Below, in pieces: positions 61,201 to 64,000 of a DNA stretch of 64,000 nucleotides. The stretch is from NCBI GenBank assembly GCA_963666925.2, contig CAXXTC010000007.1:128001-192000 (forward strand), in the 5' to 3' direction. The position numbers were made by a program, and so were the translations under genes. The stretch is from Phycisphaerae bacterium (GTDB taxonomy: Bacteria > Planctomycetota > Phycisphaerae > UBA1845 > Fen-1342). How positions within the stretch are numbered: the stretch's first letter is position 1; every line of letters starts with the position of its first letter. Under the pieces are notes generated by a model. That model ran no database searches. It saw only the letters and a program-made list of their open reading frames with translations, and had not been told where the DNA came from.

Positions 61201-64000
61201 GTGGGGGCGCAGGTGATCGTCGAAGCGCCGGAAGACAAGCTGCCCGAGATCCGCACGTTCTTCAATCAGCTTGATGATCCCAAGGGTCAGGAAATCGTCA
61301 TCAAGACGGTCAAGATCCAGGGTGCGGACGTGGTGCAGATTGCCCGCAAGTTGTCGACGGCGTTCCGCCAGAAGCGCAACTCGACGGCGGTTTTCGATGC
61401 TGACCCGACCAGCGAGACGATCCTGCTGACGTGCAGCAAGGACGTGCAGGAGCAGGCTGAGCAGCTCATCGCCGAGTATGCCGAGGCGACGCGCGAGCTG
61501 GTCAGCACGGTCGAGTTTTATCAGATGTCCTATGCGCAGGCTCAGGACGCCTCGCGCTGGTTGCAGGAGCAGCTTCTCGCGTCGGCGGAGAAGACGCTGG
61601 GGCGCAACGCCGCCCGGCAGATTCGCGTCAGTGCCGACACGCGCACCAACCGGGTGATCATCAACGGCCCGCAGCTCGCGGTGGAGCAGGGCAAGTCGAT
61701 GCTCGAGCAGTATGACGTCGAGGTTACCCAGGTGGTGATCTCGCCGTTGCAGACCGAAGCCCGCAAGCTGCCCGGGCTGGATGTGCGCTCGCTGGCCAAC
61801 AGCCTCAACCAGACTTTCGGGAGGGAGCCGGCGCGGCCCGATCGGCTGCGGGCGACGTTCAACTACGACGCGATCACCGAGATGCTGATCATCAACGCGC
61901 CGAAGGACATGTACGATCGCATCAACTCTCTGATCGAGACCTTTGCGGCGGAGACGGCGGACCTGACCCCGGAGCAGGAGTTCATCGCGGTCAAGGAAGC
62001 GGACGCCAATTACGTTGCCAACCAGGTGCGCAGCATTCTCCAGCAGCGCATCACCGGGCGGCGCGGGCGCGACGCGGCTCAGAAGGTTAGCATCACGGTC
62101 GACACGCGGTTGAACCGGGTGATCGTCAACGCCCCGCAGTTCGCCATTGATATGGCCAAGGCGCTGATCGCCGAGCTGGACCAGCCGCCGATCGTCGAGA
62201 GCCAGTTGCAGACCATCGCGCTGGAGAATGCCGACGCCGGCACGGTTAACAACGTCCTGCGGCAGATCTTCAGCGAGAAGATCCGTGCCCGGACATTGCA
62301 GATCAGTGCCGAGCCGATGACCAACTCGCTGATCGTCGGCGGCACCAAGGAAGACTTCGAGGATATCGAGAAGTGGGCCCGGGAGCTGGACGAGCAGGCC
62401 ATCAGCAAACGCGGCAAGCTGGAAATCGTCGAGCTGCTTAACGCCAACCCGTGGGAAGTCAGCAACATTCTCAACGCGCAGTACGGCGGCGGGGGACGTG
62501 GTCGGCGGCAGAAGCTGGGCCAGGAGTACCGCTTCGATATCGTGGCCGGCCGCAGCATCGTTGCTCAGGCCCCCGAAAGCAAGATGCCCGAGATTCTCGA
62601 GTTGATCGATCGCCTGGATAAGGTCGGCGTCGACAAGGTCGAGGTGCGGACCTATGAGCTGTCCGGCATCGGTGACGGGATCCACGAGCTGGCCCGCCAG
62701 GTAACCAATGCCGTCAACAGTCAGCAGGAGGCCCGCGAGCGGCGCATCACCATCACGCCCTACCCGGCCGCCGACACGCTGATCGTGACGGCCCGGACCG
62801 ATCAGTTCGCCGAGATCGAGGAGATGATGGACCGGTTCAAGTCGATGGTCGAAAAAGAGACCACCGTCATGAAGATGGTCTCGTTGCAGCATCTCGACGC
62901 GGGCCAGTATGCCGGCCACATTCAGAGCATGCTGGCCAACAAGATTAATCGCGCCGGGCGCGGCAGCCGGGCGTTGCAAACGCTCCAGATCATCCCGGAT
63001 CAGCGCACCAATCGCTTGATCTGTTACTTGCCGGAGAAAATCCTGCCCGATCTGGATCAGATCATTGAGCAGCTTGACGTTGAGGCGACGGATTATGAGG
63101 GCAAGCTGCGTACCATCGAGCTGTCCTACGCCGACGCCAATACGGTGGCGAACATCCTGCGGCCGATGTTCGAGCAGCAGCGCAACGCGCGCCGCGGCCA
63201 GGATATCTCGCAGATCGTCGTGCGTATCCAGCCGGAACCGATCACCAACTCGCTGATCGTGACGGCCTCTGACCAGGACTTTGAGGAGATCCGGGAACGG
63301 GCCATGTGGATCGACGAGAACTCGATCCTCAAGAAGGCCGAACCTGAGCTGATCGACCTCGCGTTCGCCGATCCGAACCAGGTGGCCCAGGTGGTGCAGA
63401 ATACGTTCCGCACGGAGGGTGGCTGGGGGCGCACGCGTGATCCGCAGCGTGACGTTTCCGCGACGGTGGTCGGGGCGAGCATTCTGGTGCAGGCGCCGAA
63501 AGACCGGATAGAGGAAGTGCGAGCGCTGATCGCCAAACTCGACGTGCTCGGCACGGACGAGAAGCCGGTGACCATCGCGCTCGATTACGCCGACGCGAAC
63601 CAGATGGTGCAGATGATCAACACCATGTTCGGCAGCAGCGGTCGGCGCCGCGGCCAGCAGCAGAACGTCCAGGCGACGGTCAGTAATGGTCTGGTGGTTG
63701 TCAAGGCTCCGAAGCAGACCATGCAGGAGATTCAGGAACTGGTTGAAGCGGTCGACACGCCCGATCCCGGCGGCATTCAGGTGCGTACCTTTGACTTGAA
63801 GGTGCTCAACGCGACACAGGTGATGGCGGCGGTGCAGGTTTTCCTGCGCGATGTGAAGCGCTCCAGCCGGCCGGGCCAGCTTTCGCCCGGCGCCTTTGCC
63901 GAGCCGACCACCAACACGCTGGTGGTCATCGCCCCGGGCGAGCAGATGCCGTTCATCGAGACGCTCATTTTGGACCTGGAGAAGAAGACGCCGAAGGCCA
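58297..64000 (+). CDS. Giant GspD/secretin-type protein: signal peptide, disordered region, N0, about 20 tandem NolW-like N domains; runs off the right edge
   Basis: Manual frame-1 translation from ATG 58297 (GAGGTG RBS) with no stop seen to 64000 (about 1900 aa); WFNFEDMPW N0 start; repeated HADA/YADA...D-x-RTNSLIV...I..LI..LD units. Confidence 0.88.
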   Translation, partial: MTRGILQRGLGTLTVFVLLGWAADATWAQDAPVSKSDSLRAEQPPTTQPTDLDDTESLRALIQRRAEEARRRHEQEQAERDANPAPRRSRPTMQDAHKRDQSPAQPAELPSAPAKSESAGADRRAAPRSQAAPPKSDEQRLSDVPADFVGPPSFLSSGADAPAGAAPTPPQLRDRSQRQRGGAPRADVPPAGEAGEAGVDVPERRTQADGDEYWFNFEDMPWEDVIMVFVERLGKPLMTSEGDLIIGGTLTYVTEREFTKEEAIDELNLIMQEKGYRFVEQEHHIRVIPTAEMPQWVPVSETFPSVAAFEEANPRDMDYVTVYYQVEDVSADVYVDAFNDVMPIYARLSSLDDSNQIKMVALARDIRKFLALKDLIDISPRDPRELRIFDIKTNARDIERLLRDFLDLSSGRIQMVRDPKTKRMVPQRTAGSSSTQDVQMVADERTNSIIVKANRDRLEEIAQLIEQFDQKPDLGEFGTHVIEVQHADATEVANLLNQIFQQEQGQSRTPAWQRIQQIRQRTQRGRNTRRQPARRTQVKTDTTTPQDILAEGIFERAKKTIRLVADSRMNALIVYANEEGMQRVRELLEVLDKPQVDNFRTIELQEADVADVAPMLSQIVGEMGKTTVRGRGNAPEIVPDESRNVLYVFAERDEMQRIEMLVAQLDVPGPEEERHIIELENLRPSQVAQMVQTLLADGSGSSGASRSAARRNIRGRLRGGRTSGGAVARSGQDYQVIPLDEAQILIVICADDDWQKIDETVKLWDSRATTNTPRLATFTIEKADADTIAATLSNLYRSYQHPVFGRVPVYIQSEGNRLLVYSIQPAIDEISALIEGLDVEGMQDQVEILPLVHADASTVAQQVQSMVGGQLMSRGRGRGGVLSGPMIQAEAVTNSLIVQADAKDMERVRELAMRLDQAVGAQAPAREFLTPRYADPRQVAQAISQVFGSSGGGRRGRVPTGSAVSALAVGAQVIVEAPEDKLPEIRTFFNQLDDPKGQEIVIKTVKIQGADVVQIARKLSTAFRQKRNSTAVFDADPTSETILLTCSKDVQEQAEQLIAEYAEATRELVSTVEFYQMSYAQAQDASRWLQEQLLASAEKTLGRNAARQIRVSADTRTNRVIINGPQLAVEQGKSMLEQYDVEVTQVVISPLQTEARKLPGLDVRSLANSLNQTFGREPARPDRLRATFNYDAITEMLIINAPKDMYDRINSLIETFAAETADLTPEQEFIAVKEADANYVANQVRSILQQRITGRRGRDAAQKVSITVDTRLNRVIVNAPQFAIDMAKALIAELDQPPIVESQLQTIALENADAGTVNNVLRQIFSEKIRARTLQISAEPMTNSLIVGGTKEDFEDIEKWARELDEQAISKRGKLEIVELLNANPWEVSNILNAQYGGGGRGRRQKLGQEYRFDIVAGRSIVAQAPESKMPEILELIDRLDKVGVDKVEVRTYELSGIGDGIHELARQVTNAVNSQQEARERRITITPYPAADTLIVTARTDQFAEIEEMMDRFKSMVEKETTVMKMVSLQHLDAGQYAGHIQSMLANKINRAGRGSRALQTLQIIPDQRTNRLICYLPEKILPDLDQIIEQLDVEATDYEGKLRTIELSYADANTVANILRPMFEQQRNARRGQDISQIVVRIQPEPITNSLIVTASDQDFEEIRERAMWIDENSILKKAEPELIDLAFADPNQVAQVVQNTFRTEGGWGRTRDPQRDVSATVVGASILVQAPKDRIEEVRALIAKLDVLGTDEKPVTIALDYADANQMVQMINTMFGSSGRRRGQQQNVQATVSNGLVVVKAPKQTMQEIQELVEAVDTPDPGGIQVRTFDLKVLNATQVMAAVQVFLRDVKRSSRPGQLSPGAFAEPTTNTLVVIAPGEQMPFIETLILDLEKKTPKA

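Noticed and set aside
58396..62979. Long minus-strand ORFs of 819 and 599 aa
   Set aside because: Antisense shadows of the giant plus-strand secretin frame, typical of high-GC DNA

Overview
High-GC bacterial chromosomal window, most consistent with Planctomycetota (Phycisphaerae-like); the taxon is inferred from rpmG/EF-Tu sequence style and gene content. From left to right: a partial MqnE-type radical SAM gene; a TlpA redoxin with an in-frame TGA followed by a SECIS-like hairpin; a 12-kb operon joining a His kinase, response regulator, HD-GYP, degenerate GGDEF and STAS module to an MshEN-type PilB/GspE pilus machine; xseA; rplM-rpsI; an S9 peptidase; a PP2C phosphatase; sucC; hldE-gmhA; a sugar transferase; an orphan GspE; an internally damaged IS; a Ser/Thr kinase with a C-terminal FGE/CLec domain followed by DGR hallmarks (hairpin, AAC-rich template repeat, spacer-like RNA) but no RT or Avd; the tRNA-Thr-tuf-rpmG-tRNA-Trp-secE-nusG-rplKAJL cluster without rpoBC; a DEAD-box helicase; and a T2SS-like operon ending in a giant secretin-type ORF (>1900 aa, N0 plus about 20 tandem NolW-like N domains, open at the window edge and missing from the ORF track). 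Top candidates for novelty: (1) the giant secretin, with Arg/Gly-rich loops, encoded beside very acidic pseudopilins; (2) the RT-less DGR cassette whose template repeat is not cognate to the adjacent variable repeat; (3) the candidate selenoprotein redoxin. Several frameshifts at 19-29 kb and near 49.9 kb look like sequencing or consensus errors. All alignments, translations and counts were done by eye.
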